Shown in pieces: positions 10,760 through 20,000 of a stretch of 20,000 nucleotides of DNA. Position 1 is the stretch's first letter, and each line of letters begins with the position of its first letter. The stretch covers positions 175,450 through 195,449 of the forward strand of contig JADIIX010000027.1 of assembly GCA_027604505.1 (NCBI GenBank), written 5' to 3'. Source of the stretch: Gonapodya sp. JEL0774 (lineage: Eukaryota). The position numbers and the translations under genes were made by a program. The notes below the pieces were generated by a model. That model saw only the letters and a list, made by a program, of their open reading frames with translations, was not told where the DNA came from and ran no database searches.

Positions 10760-11464
10760 TCCGTGATGCACTGATGCTGTCGGTTTTGATCTTCTGCTTA
10801 TTGAACTCTTCATCTGCATTTTGAAAGGGTAAATGTATCTGGTTCCATATACATGCCAAAAGCAATCAATGCAATGCACTTCGCGGTGCTCCGCAGATTC
10901 CCCGTCCACTGTACCGTAATGACGGTAGGGTCGTGTCGGTAGAGACTTGGCCTTATAATATCTCGATTGATGAATGATAGTCAAACCCGGGTCTCGTTAA
11001 GGGGGTGGAATTGGTCCGTGACAGAGCACTGAATACCTTGACTGGCTCTTGCCACATCTGTCTTATTTAGTTTATGTTGGTTTTTTTTATGTTGGCGCAG
11101 TGTTGTATGCACATTCAATTGGTGTGATCATCCTTGTGTGTTTTTTTCAAATTTCTGTCGTGACACACTACGATTCGAATGAAATCTTCACATTTCCACA
11201 CGCAATCGTGGATTCGATGCTCTGATTGCCGATGGATCTCCCGTTTTGCCCCGGGGTCCCGGGTTCCGTGTTTGTCTCGGTCCATGTGATCGATCGTGAA
11301 AATGAAGCAAAAAGACAGAGGCGGTGGACGGTGGCGGGCCGGCATCTCCATCAAGTTTCACTAGAATCCATCGAGACCGTTTTGTCTTACGGGAGGAGGA
11401 ACCAGGAGAACTCCGTTGACGCCCGCCTGTTGCTTCTGCCCATCGCACCCTGTACACCACCAAC

Positions 11465-13675
11465 ATGCTGGGGGCAACGTCAGCGCTCGCACCGGACATC
11501 AGTCGCCCATCAGCAGGCGATGACTCATCGAACTCACTCCAGTCCATCTCAACATCCGCTGCCCCACTCGGCACCCAAGAGACCTCCTCCCCACACCACA
11601 GAACCCCCCAATCCCTCCCGTCCCTCCCCCTCGAACTCCTCTCCGCAACCCTCCGCCACCTCTCCCCTCTCGACCTCCTCCGCATCCGCTTCCTCGACCG
11701 CACGTTCGACCGTCTGGCCGTCCACGCCTTGCATCGGAAGATCCGCTCGGTCCAGACGACTGCCCGCGGTGGGAGAGCCCCAGTGGAAGGGGAGCTCGAC
11801 CGAGGTGGAGAGGATCAAGGTGGTGCAAGTCGGAGTGACGCTGATGCTGACTCGGACACCAACTTTGACGACCCGCCCACTCCGAGCCTGCTCCTCCGCC
11901 TTCCCGTGCTCTCGTCCGCATCCACGGCAGGCACCGGCAACGGTACAGCCAACGACCAGCTCGTGACCAGTGTTCACTTGGAGTACGCCGGGATGGTGGT
12001 GGAGGGTGGGCTGCGGTGGAGGAATATGGTTGCAGGTCCATCCGAGGAGGCCTCATCCATGAGGCCACCACAGCGCCCGCCCGCCGACTCGCCGGCCTGT
12101 ACCCACCCCTCGCCCTCGTCGTCGCCGTTGTCGTATCTCACACACCTCACCTCCCTCACCTCCACGCTCGGGACGGCCGTTTCGGAGCTCGGGTGGGAGT
12201 ACGAGCGAGATCGTGATCGCGATCACGGGCAAGAGCGAGGGCGACTGCAGGCGGACGAGTTGGTACGAGAGATGGCGCAGATGGGGATGGGCGGGTGCGA
12301 ACCGGGAGCGAGACCACAAACGCAGTCATGGGAGAACTGGGACGAGGGCACGAGCGGTACCGGCACCTCACCCCTACCCAAACACCTCCTTGACCGTAAC
12401 CGACTAGCTCCCAGTCGTGGTGAGGAACAAGGTGGTGATGAACGGGGCCGGGATGGCCGTGAGGGAACATGGTTTGTCTTCAAGCCTCGGGGAACCGCCA
12501 CGGTCGGGCTGTGGATACCTCGGGTAGGTGGTTCCCTGCTTTCACTTCGTGGCCCAAATGTGGGCCTCATGTACTGACACAATCCCACACCCACGCACGC
12601 ACGCCCACACCCACATCCCTCCGCGTCCCAGGTTGGATACATACCCCTCACATCGCCGTTCCCCTTCTCGTGGTTCGGTGTGCCACCACCCAACAACGAC
12701 GCCGACGCCGAGGATGCGGGTGGTGTGGACGTGTACTGCCGGTGTTCGGTGAGTACGAATCAGACGGGTCAGCAGATGTGACGAGTTCTGGGTCCAAACG
12801 GTTCAGGACTTGGTGGCGGTGGCCCCGGTGTCGTGCTGAAGTCTGACGAGATCGCGAATCACTCGTGACACTCATGTACGCTCTCACTATTACACAGCTC
12901 GACGGCGACACGTGGGGGACCGGCGTACCCCCTTCCCCGCCCGACCACCCCGCCGACCCACTCGACGACCCCAACGCTGTGCCACCGTACCCCTTTGTCT
13001 CGTCCCACGGGACGAACAAGGATGCGGGGTTGTCGGCTGTGCGGCTCAGGACCAGCAAAGGGGTGAGCGGCGGCAGGGCCGGGAGGTGGGAGGTGGAGAT
13101 GGGCGGGGGTGGGAGTGGGGGTGGGGTTGGGGTGAAGGAGAAGGGGACGGGGAGTGGGAAGGAGGGAGGGGGCATGGGTGTACTGGAGTATGAAGTGGCC
13201 GTGTCTGGTGAGTTTTGAGCAAGTCGGAGTTGAGAAGACTTTGGTGAGGCTGTGTCGCTGGAGGTTTTAGTGTGGAGGATGGAAGGGCTTGATGGCTGGA
13301 TGGCGGGGGGGTAGGGGGGAGGCGAGGTGAATGATGGGATGGGGTCGTGGGGTCGTGGTCCGTGTGTGCGTCGCCGCCCTCTTCGCACTTCACACCCTCA
13401 CCGTGCCCTCGCGTCTCCCCTCTCCATGCACTTTCCGCCTCTTACGCCGCCTTCCCGTCTCTTGCACTCCTCCCCTGACCCGTAACTCGGTCCGCGCTCC
13501 GTCTTGGCTTTCCCCGATCCTATGCCATGTCCCAGACGGTGATTCACCCACCGACACACACACAGAGACACCGCTCACATCCACCACCACACCCCCTTCG
13601 ACGCATGAACGGTGGTCCAGCGTGAGGTTTGTGGAGGTGAGGGTGACGGCGGGTGCGGTGTTTGGGAGGGGGTGA
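11465..13675 (+). CDS. F-box domain protein with long low-complexity insertions
   Basis: F-box motif LPSLPLELLSATLRHLSPLDLLRIRFLDRTFDRLA. Exons 11465-12523, 12632-12748, 12898-13207, 13536-13675, joined by phase-compatible GT..CAG introns. Ends VRFVEVRVTAGAVFGRG*. Confidence 0.8.
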
Positions 13676-13890
13676 CCTTGGGCCTTGGGGTGAGGGGAGT
13701 AGATTAAGTGGGGAGATTAAACTATGTTGAGCCATGTGATGGTATAATACTATACAGGACTTGTAGAATGGAAATCTTTTAGTCCGGATAGGCCTTGATG
13801 TGTGGTGCACGGTTTATGGGCCTTTGAACCTCACTCCACATCCATCCACCGCTTCCAACCCCTTCGTTGGACAAATCCACCTGTCGCAAC

Positions 13891-15920
13891 CTTCCTCTCT
13901 CTGTACCGGTCTTGTGCGCCCACCCTCCATACCGTATCGAGTCTTTACAGACACGACGGAGCCTGGTCACATGCGGACACGCGACATGAGGGGACACGGA
14001 ACACGGAGCACCGCACACGGACGCGGCCAGAAACCTCGCGGTGGTTTCGATGGGAGTTTTACGTACGGTGTGGTGATATGGGACTCCTTGCTTGAAGCCA
14101 GGGGTGACTGTACTCCGACGACGTGCGAAGCTGTTGGTTTGCTGCCTTCTTATGCGATTTCTCGGGCGGGGTGGAGCACCACCAAGGACATTTACAACTG
14201 ATGGAGACGAATAACGCGCGTGGCTGCAATGCGGACGGTGGATTGAAAGTTTTGGGTGGGTCATGGGACGCCCTGCTTTCTACCAGGGATGTTCCAATGT
14301 GCATACCACGAACAGAACATTCTGGGATCGACTCGGATTGTGGCGGCGGAAGTCCATCATTGTCCTGTGAACCGTGAGGGTGCCGCTTTTCTCTTCACTC
14401 ATGCTTCAACTGGCACCCAAGCCTTGGCCAACCACATGTTTTCTCGCTCTTTGCGTCGGCTTTTCTTTTGTGGCTGGCCCTGCCACCTCGTGATCCACGC
14501 GCGTGTCTTGGTGGACGTCCAAGAGAGGAATCTTGCAGACGAAGAAACCACTTGGGCAGCACCTTGGAAGAGCTTTTCTCGCATATCAGTTTCAGCGAGC
14601 TTTCCTTTGTTCTTTTCTATGTGCTGTCCAAGTGTCATTTTGTCGTGGAATATCGGTCCTCGTGAGCGGGAGTTTGAACACCGCGTGGCCAGCTTGTCCT
14701 CCGCCTCCTCGCCTTGACCCTACCCACTCCAATCTCCCTCGCACCAGAAACCCGCCAGAGAATTCTGCACTGCTCATTTTATTTGCTAAAGTGCAGACGC
14801 TATTCGGAACATTGCTATCGGAGGAACGTTCCGAGAGCCATGAACCGAAGAGTGTGTGTGCGACCGGTCATTGGCCATTGCTCAAGGTCTCGACAAGCTT
14901 GTGGACGTGTGAATTTGAAGTTTAGTCTTTCGACGCTCCTTTGCCATGTTCTGTGGAGCTCAGTGAGCGGGTTTAGAAGTCATGGAAACTGACTCGCAGC
15001 AACATGCCCACTCTGATCTCCCTCACACGAGAACCCCGCCAGTGAAATTTGAGCTCACAAAATTCTATTCGTAAATGTGCGACCTCTTTTGGACCATTTT
15101 TTTCGGAAGAGCGATCCCAGAACCATGGTACAAAGAGTGTTTGGACCGGCACGTGACGAAGGACTGAACGGTCTTGTGGAACGGCGATTTCTGAAGCTCA
15201 GCCACTCGTCGCTCCAAAAATTTGAGCAGCAGAGTGCAGTCAGCGGGTTTGACCTCATGAAAACCGTCGAAACCTGGCAATGAAACCTTGGAGCACAGAC
15301 TCTCTCACTTGACGAGGGCTGATTTTGAGTTGCGAACAGCTTCTTTCACGTCGTGGCAGCTCGTGATTACCCGTCCACGAGACTGTTTAGCTCACGGGCA
15401 ATGCTGTCTGGCATCTGAAGGCCCTCTCGGCGACGAAGGACGGAATGTGCTCGGACGAAACTTGCTTGGATTTCAGACACATGAGGCTTGCTTCCTCTCG
15501 TACGTGGTGCAAGAGGCACCCCCATCTTGTGCTCTGAGAATATCTGTTTTGTTTGGGACAACGCCTAACGGACTCGGAACACGGAGCACTGGACACAGAA
15601 GGGGCCAGAGACGCCGCAGCGGCTTTGATCGTATTTTTTGCGTACGGTGTGGTCCTACGGGACTCCTTGCTTGAAGCTAGGGGTGACGGTACTCCGCCGT
15701 GCGAAGATCTTGGACCTTGGTTGGGCTGGAGCACCAGCCCGGACATTTACGACTGACGGACTCAAGTAACACGCATGGCTGCGTCAATGCAGACCAAACT
15801 GGAACATGGCTCTCTCACTTGAAGAGGGTTTATCAGGAACTGCCACCAGCTGCTTTCACTTTGCGGCAGCTCGCTATCCCAGCCTCAAAAGACTGATGCA
15901 ACGGGCAATCTCCTGGCTGT
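13891..15920 (+). pseudogene. Decayed, internally duplicated coding-like sequence of an unidentified family (three pairs of diverged repeats)
   Basis: Pair A: about 13891-14236 vs 15491-15794, with an exact 19-mer GGGACTCCTTGCTTGAAGC at 14080 and 15659. Pair B: about 14723-14992 vs 15007-15270. Pair C: about 15300-15412 vs 15810-15918. Translated similarity switches frame and contains stops. Confidence 0.55.
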
Positions 15921-16227
15921 CTTGCCGGCAAAGTCCGCCAAAAGCCGAAATGGGTCTGCGGGCACGCGCGAGTTCACACCGTCGCGGTGATTGTGGTACT
16001 AGCGAGATAGGGTTTGATCACATGAGAGACTCGGGTTAAATCCATTTATTATTCACAAAGTAACCATTGGAAGTCGCACTATGTACTTTTGTATATGCTT
16101 TGAAATTGTGATCTGCGACAACGGTAAAAATTGTGCGCTGACCTCACCGTTCAATCAATCCAGACTATGAAATCACACTGATCGATTCAAAACCAACCGT
16201 AATAAACCCAGGGCCAACCTCATCGCA

Positions 16228-17677
16228 ATGCTTCAACGTTTCCGACCCGCCACATTCCTTCCCCTACAAACCCGATTGGCTTCCGCCTGGTCTATGCGTT
16301 CTAGCCCTCCCGTACTCGTTGTTCCCACGTTCCGTTTCAAATCCACCTCGATCACAGACCGCTCCAAGGACGCCGCCGAGTACGTTCGACAGAACGTGCA
16401 GGAGACAGCCGGTTCGGTTCAAGAGAAAACGCAGGAGACCGCCGCATCTGTACATCAGAAGGCGGAGGAAACCGCCGCGTCAGTTCGTGAGAAAGCAGAG
16501 GACGCGGCCGCGGCAGTTCATCAGAAAGCGCAGGAGACTGTCCTTGTAGCGGCTCCAAGGCCAATCGACGAGCTTGTTGTGGTTGATCACGCGTGGGTTG
16601 TGGTCGATGAGGTGCCCGCGAACGAGATCAACGGAAATTGCTGACGTCATTATAACCCGTTTGATTCGACAACTTAGATCCATTCGGGAGCTGTACGATA
16701 GGTACCAGAAGGAAGCTGACGAGATGGAGAAACAGGCGATCTTGAACGAGTGTGAGCTTGTCACCGTTCTTGACCGATCTTCAGCTCCGCAAGGATCTCA
16801 CTCCCGGTCATTCACCATGTGTTCCCATCGATCGCTCCCCGCCAGTCATTCGCGAAGTCGCCCTCCATTCCGCCGCCGAGGAGATGATCCTGTACCCCAA
16901 ACTCGAGTCCATGGCTGCCACGGACTCGACTATAAACGTCGACGAACTCCGCAAGGGGCATCAAAACGTAAAGGAGGGGTTGTGGAGGGTCGACGAGATG
17001 CTGACGACGCAAGAGAAAGGGTCCAGAATTGCAGCGGTGGAGCAGACGGTGGCGACGGTGGTGGAGGTGAGGGTTGATCAGCGGGGCAGCGGGGGTGACT
17101 CGCAACATGGTGCTTGTGAGTCGTTGATCTAACAGAGATTCCCTCACTTCCGTTCCGGCGTTGGGATTCTCCTCTCCGCAATGATTAATTAGGATCTCGA
17201 AGGTGAGAATGATCATATTCAGATCCCGAAAAATTCACCGCTTCAGGTGAATCACAGTCATTGAACACTCCCTCTCTCTTCAAAGCACACATGAAAACCG
17301 AAGAAGAGTCTGATCTGGTCCGTGTCCGCCGGGAAATGGACCACGGCACTCGGATGCGTCTGGGGGCCGAGTTCAGTTTTGCGAAGACGGTGAGGACTAA
17401 CAACACTGCTGTTGCGTTGCTTCACGACCCAAAGTGTATTATATCGTGGTCTGTGCATTTCTCAGCACGTCCCAACCAGGCCCCACCCGTCCGCTCCAGA
17501 TACGGGAGGGCTCAAGGAGATGATGGGTAAGCTGATCCCCATGTGTCAATAATTGCTAAGAATAAAGAAACGGAACTTATTTCCTTTTATCATATGCGAT
17601 CAGCTGGTCTCCCGGCGGCCATGCTCGACAGGATCAAGGATATGGGGAAAGATTTCGCAGAGAGGCGTGTGAAGTAG
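16228..17677 (+). CDS. Hemerythrin/HHE cation-binding domain protein with putative mitochondrial presequence and LEA-like 11-mer repeats, about 302 aa
   Basis: Exons 16228-16592, 16678-16751, 16846-17066, 17193-17202, 17286-17389, 17466-17526, 17604-17677 total 909 nt. HHE motifs: IDELVVVDH, IREVALHSAAEEMILYP, GHQNVKEGL, LEAHMKTEEESDL, and the fungal/actinobacterial-type tail VPTRPHPSAP...AAMLDRIKD. Confidence 0.92.
16363..16539 (+). repeat. Coding tandem repeat, 33-nt/11-aa period, about 5.4 units
   Basis: SKDAAEYVRQN / VQETAGSVQEK / TQETAASVHQK / AEETAASVREK / AEDAAAAVHQK / AQET. Confidence 0.9.
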
Positions 17678-17860
17678 CTGGGATGACGGTGCTTGGAAGC
17701 TCAGATCGTCCATGCACGACGATGCAGAATTACATAGTTAGTTTGAACAAAATACACGCTTATACATTTCAACGCTGACCTCATCGAATTACAAGGAGGT
17801 GAATCAGGATCTGGTGATCTGATACACAATCGACAATTTTCCATTGCTGTACTTTTAACC

Positions 17861-19108
17861 ATGACTACGACACTCCTGTCGGCTGGTCTACGTCCTTGCT
17901 ACCGTTTATTGTCTCCTCGACAACTTGTTACCAATTGCGCGAAAACGATTCGGAGATCCTCCCGTTGGCAATCATCGGGGACCGACACGGAAGACATTAG
18001 CAACACCGCCCACGCGATCGGCCGCGGAGTGGTATCAGAGTACGTGCAATGGTCGTGTACTAGAATATCGGCAGATCGCAATTGAGTCCTTGTTTTTTAC
18101 AACGAAATAGTGCGATGGATTCGGTACGAGCGTTTCCTTCCATCGATGAGCTCATCGTTCAAGACCACCAGTGCGTTGCTATCTCTGATTACATACAGCA
18201 CCTGTTCTCTGAAACTTCTACTGCCTAGCTCCATCCGGGGGCTCTGTCAGCGCTTCCAAAAGGAGCAAGCGATATTGAACGAATGTAGGTCCACGGAATC
18301 CATAGAACTTCGACTCGATCAATGTTTCTGACAGATTAAATTTTGTTAATTCCACTGCATCTAGACATCCGTTAAGTTGCTGTTCACTCCACTGCGGAAG
18401 AATTGGTTCTCTACCCCAATCTTGAATCCATGGCGGGGAGCGGTCGAGCTGTTGACGTCAATCACCTCCACCAGGGCCACCAGAAGATCAAAGAAGGTCT
18501 ACACCGTGTGGAGAAAATGACGAGTCAGGAGAACAAGGGTGTCAAGAGATCTCCGGTACTGGAGGCACTTACTGCGGTGATGAAGGTATGTAAAAACGCT
18601 TGCGCGTACAATCAAAGATCATCGCCCCAATCCAACAGATATTCCGTGTCTGTCGGCAATCTCTAGGAGCTGAATGGTAGTCGCTCGGTAATGTCTGTTG
18701 AGGTATCTGAGGTGCTAAATTCAGTCGTACACACGCGGGAGATCACATACACATTGAGGAAAAGTCCGACCTGGTCAAGGTTCGCAAAGAAATGGATGAT
18801 GCTACGAAGAAGAGACTCGGGGCTGAATTCAACTTCGCGAAGACGGTACGTGCTGCTTCCCTGTTCGGCGATCCATGAACTATGCATGACCAACAAATGT
18901 TCGTCGTCGCAGCAAGTTCCAACTCGCCCACACCCTACTGCTCCCGATGCAGGCGGTATTCGCGAGATTTTCGGTAAGTTTGAATCTTGCCGGGGTATCG
19001 AACGCTGAGATTGGTGACAAATGAACTCTCGTACTCAGCGGGACTACCTGCCGCGATGGACAGGTTGAAGGACATGGGCCGAGACTTCGCGAGAGGAAAG
19101 TTAAGTGA
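17861..19108 (+). pseudogene. Tandem paralog of the hemerythrin/HHE gene, probably pseudogenised
   Basis: Exons 17861-18039, 18111-18170, 18229-18284, 18365-18585, 18667-18676, 18742-18845, 18913-18973, 19039-19108 mirror the upstream gene. Lesions: in-frame TAA at 18373-18375 where the paralog has GAA; 6 missing codons (ADEMEK); 1 missing codon (AAM-D); a 1-nt deletion near 19090 that shifts the last codons; a GAG acceptor at 18739-18741. Confidence 0.85.
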
Positions 19109-19231
19109 GGGAGTAGAATCATAAGCGGTGTCGTTGGATGATGGTGACAACGTCCAGGATGTCGGTTCTTGAGTGCAAAAATACAATACATGAATACTAT
19201 CAAGTGAGACCTCCGTCAACAAAATCCTTCT

Positions 19232-20000
19232 CTACGTTTCCCATGCCTCGATGGCCAGCGTCTCCTTCTCTGGATCCACAAACGGCCTGTCAACCGTTCG
19301 GATCATCAGATCCCCACACAAAATACATTCTCCCGCGACAATATCATCCAGTTCGTCTCTCAACTGGGCAAGTTCTGCGAGGTTCTTCTTATGCTGCGCA
19401 GTCGCCGCCGTAGCAGACGTCGAAGTTGGTGGTGGTGCAGGTGCAGACGCAGACGAAGGAGGTTTCGCAGAAGCGGTGCTGGGTGCTGCTGAACCCTGGA
19501 CAACACGTTGGTGAGCTCGAGCGATACGGTCTTGGACGTCGCGGATACGGCGAATCATCCGCGGAGATAGCTCTTTGGTGATCTTTACACAACAGGCGTT
19601 CTCGTTTGCAATCACCTCTGATTCGGCATTGCAGACTAACGACATACCTCTCGGATCAAACAGTCCGCGTGGAAGGAGTGCCCGCAAGGAAAAACATAAA
19701 ACTGCCTCAACATGAGGGCTTGAGAGCACACGTAGCACTTCTCGTTGGGTTGAATGACAACGTATCTAGCGATAACAAAGTCAACCCTCAACTCCCCACT
19801 CCTTACTGACAGTGTTGTTGCTCTCACCTGTTTCTCAACTCCCTAACATCTAGCCTAATACTTTCAGCCGACCTCGTGGCTTCGTCCATCTCTCTTCGCA
19901 GACGTTCCACATGTACATTGTATTCCTCGAGGGCAGCGCAAATCTCGTCCTTGAAATCGTCTATGAGCACAAAATCGGGGAAGAAGGGGAGAATATCGGC
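19232..20000 (-). CDS. VPS18: Vacuolar protein sorting 18 (Pep3; HOPS/CORVET core subunit), 3' end with RING-like domain
   Basis: Exons >20000-19828, 19765-19648, 19582-19232. Translation: DILPFFPDFVLIDDFKDEICAALEEYN...EMDEATRSAESIRLDVRELRNRYVVIQPNEKCYVC...FYVFPCGHSFHADCL...LDDIVAGECILCGDLMIRTVDRPFV. This is the characteristic Vps18 C-terminus. Confidence 0.96.

Noticed and set aside
10757..10790. Three successive in-frame TGA codons after the small Cys-rich ORF as possible selenocysteine (some early-diverging fungi use Sec)
   Set aside because: There is no selenoprotein-like redox motif and no SECIS I can support; ordinary termination is simpler.
12648..13393. Pro-rich minus-strand ORFs
   Set aside because: They are antisense to G-rich F-box exon and intron sequence; low stop density explains them.
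14399..14716. Charged minus-strand reading frame (…HIEKNKGKLAETDMREKLFQ…)
   Set aside because: It has no recognisable family, no supported gene structure, and lies within the decayed region.
16363..16539. 33-nt periodicity as a CRISPR-like array
   Set aside because: The units are contiguous, degenerate, in-frame coding repeats without spacers, in a eukaryotic exon.
18373..18375. In-frame TAA aligned to Glu as a sign of stop-codon reassignment or readthrough
   Set aside because: It is a single G>T change in a gene with other lesions, and no in-frame TAA occurs in any intact gene in the window.

Overview
Intron-rich eukaryotic DNA, most likely from an early-diverging fungus (chytrid/monoblepharid-like; inferred from gene content, short spliceosomal introns and codon style). 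The ORF track fragments every gene, so I rebuilt spliced models by hand. In order: (1) the 5' part of a long disordered, basic nuclear-type protein (-, runs off the left edge); (2) a complete 9-exon, 172-aa divergent-loop cyclophilin (-) whose ATG is split by an intron; (3) a 637-aa secreted protein (+) combining a Reeler-like domain, a Met/Pro/Thr/Lys-His-rich linker and a C-terminal DPBB (loosenin/expansin-like) domain; (4) a secreted class-3 lipase (+); (5) a G-rich tract and a small secreted Cys-rich ORF; (6) an F-box protein (+); (7) about 2 kb of decayed, internally duplicated coding-like sequence; (8) a putatively mitochondrion-targeted hemerythrin/HHE protein carrying group-3-LEA-like 11-mer repeats, followed by a tandem pseudogenised paralog, both with a 10-nt microexon; (9) the 3' end of VPS18/PEP3 (-). 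The most notable points are the Reeler-DPBB and LEA-hemerythrin domain fusions and unusual splicing: 7 of 38 modelled introns end in AAG, one start codon is split, and a microexon is conserved between paralogs. No prokaryotic-type systems, CRISPR arrays, tRNA or rRNA genes were seen.
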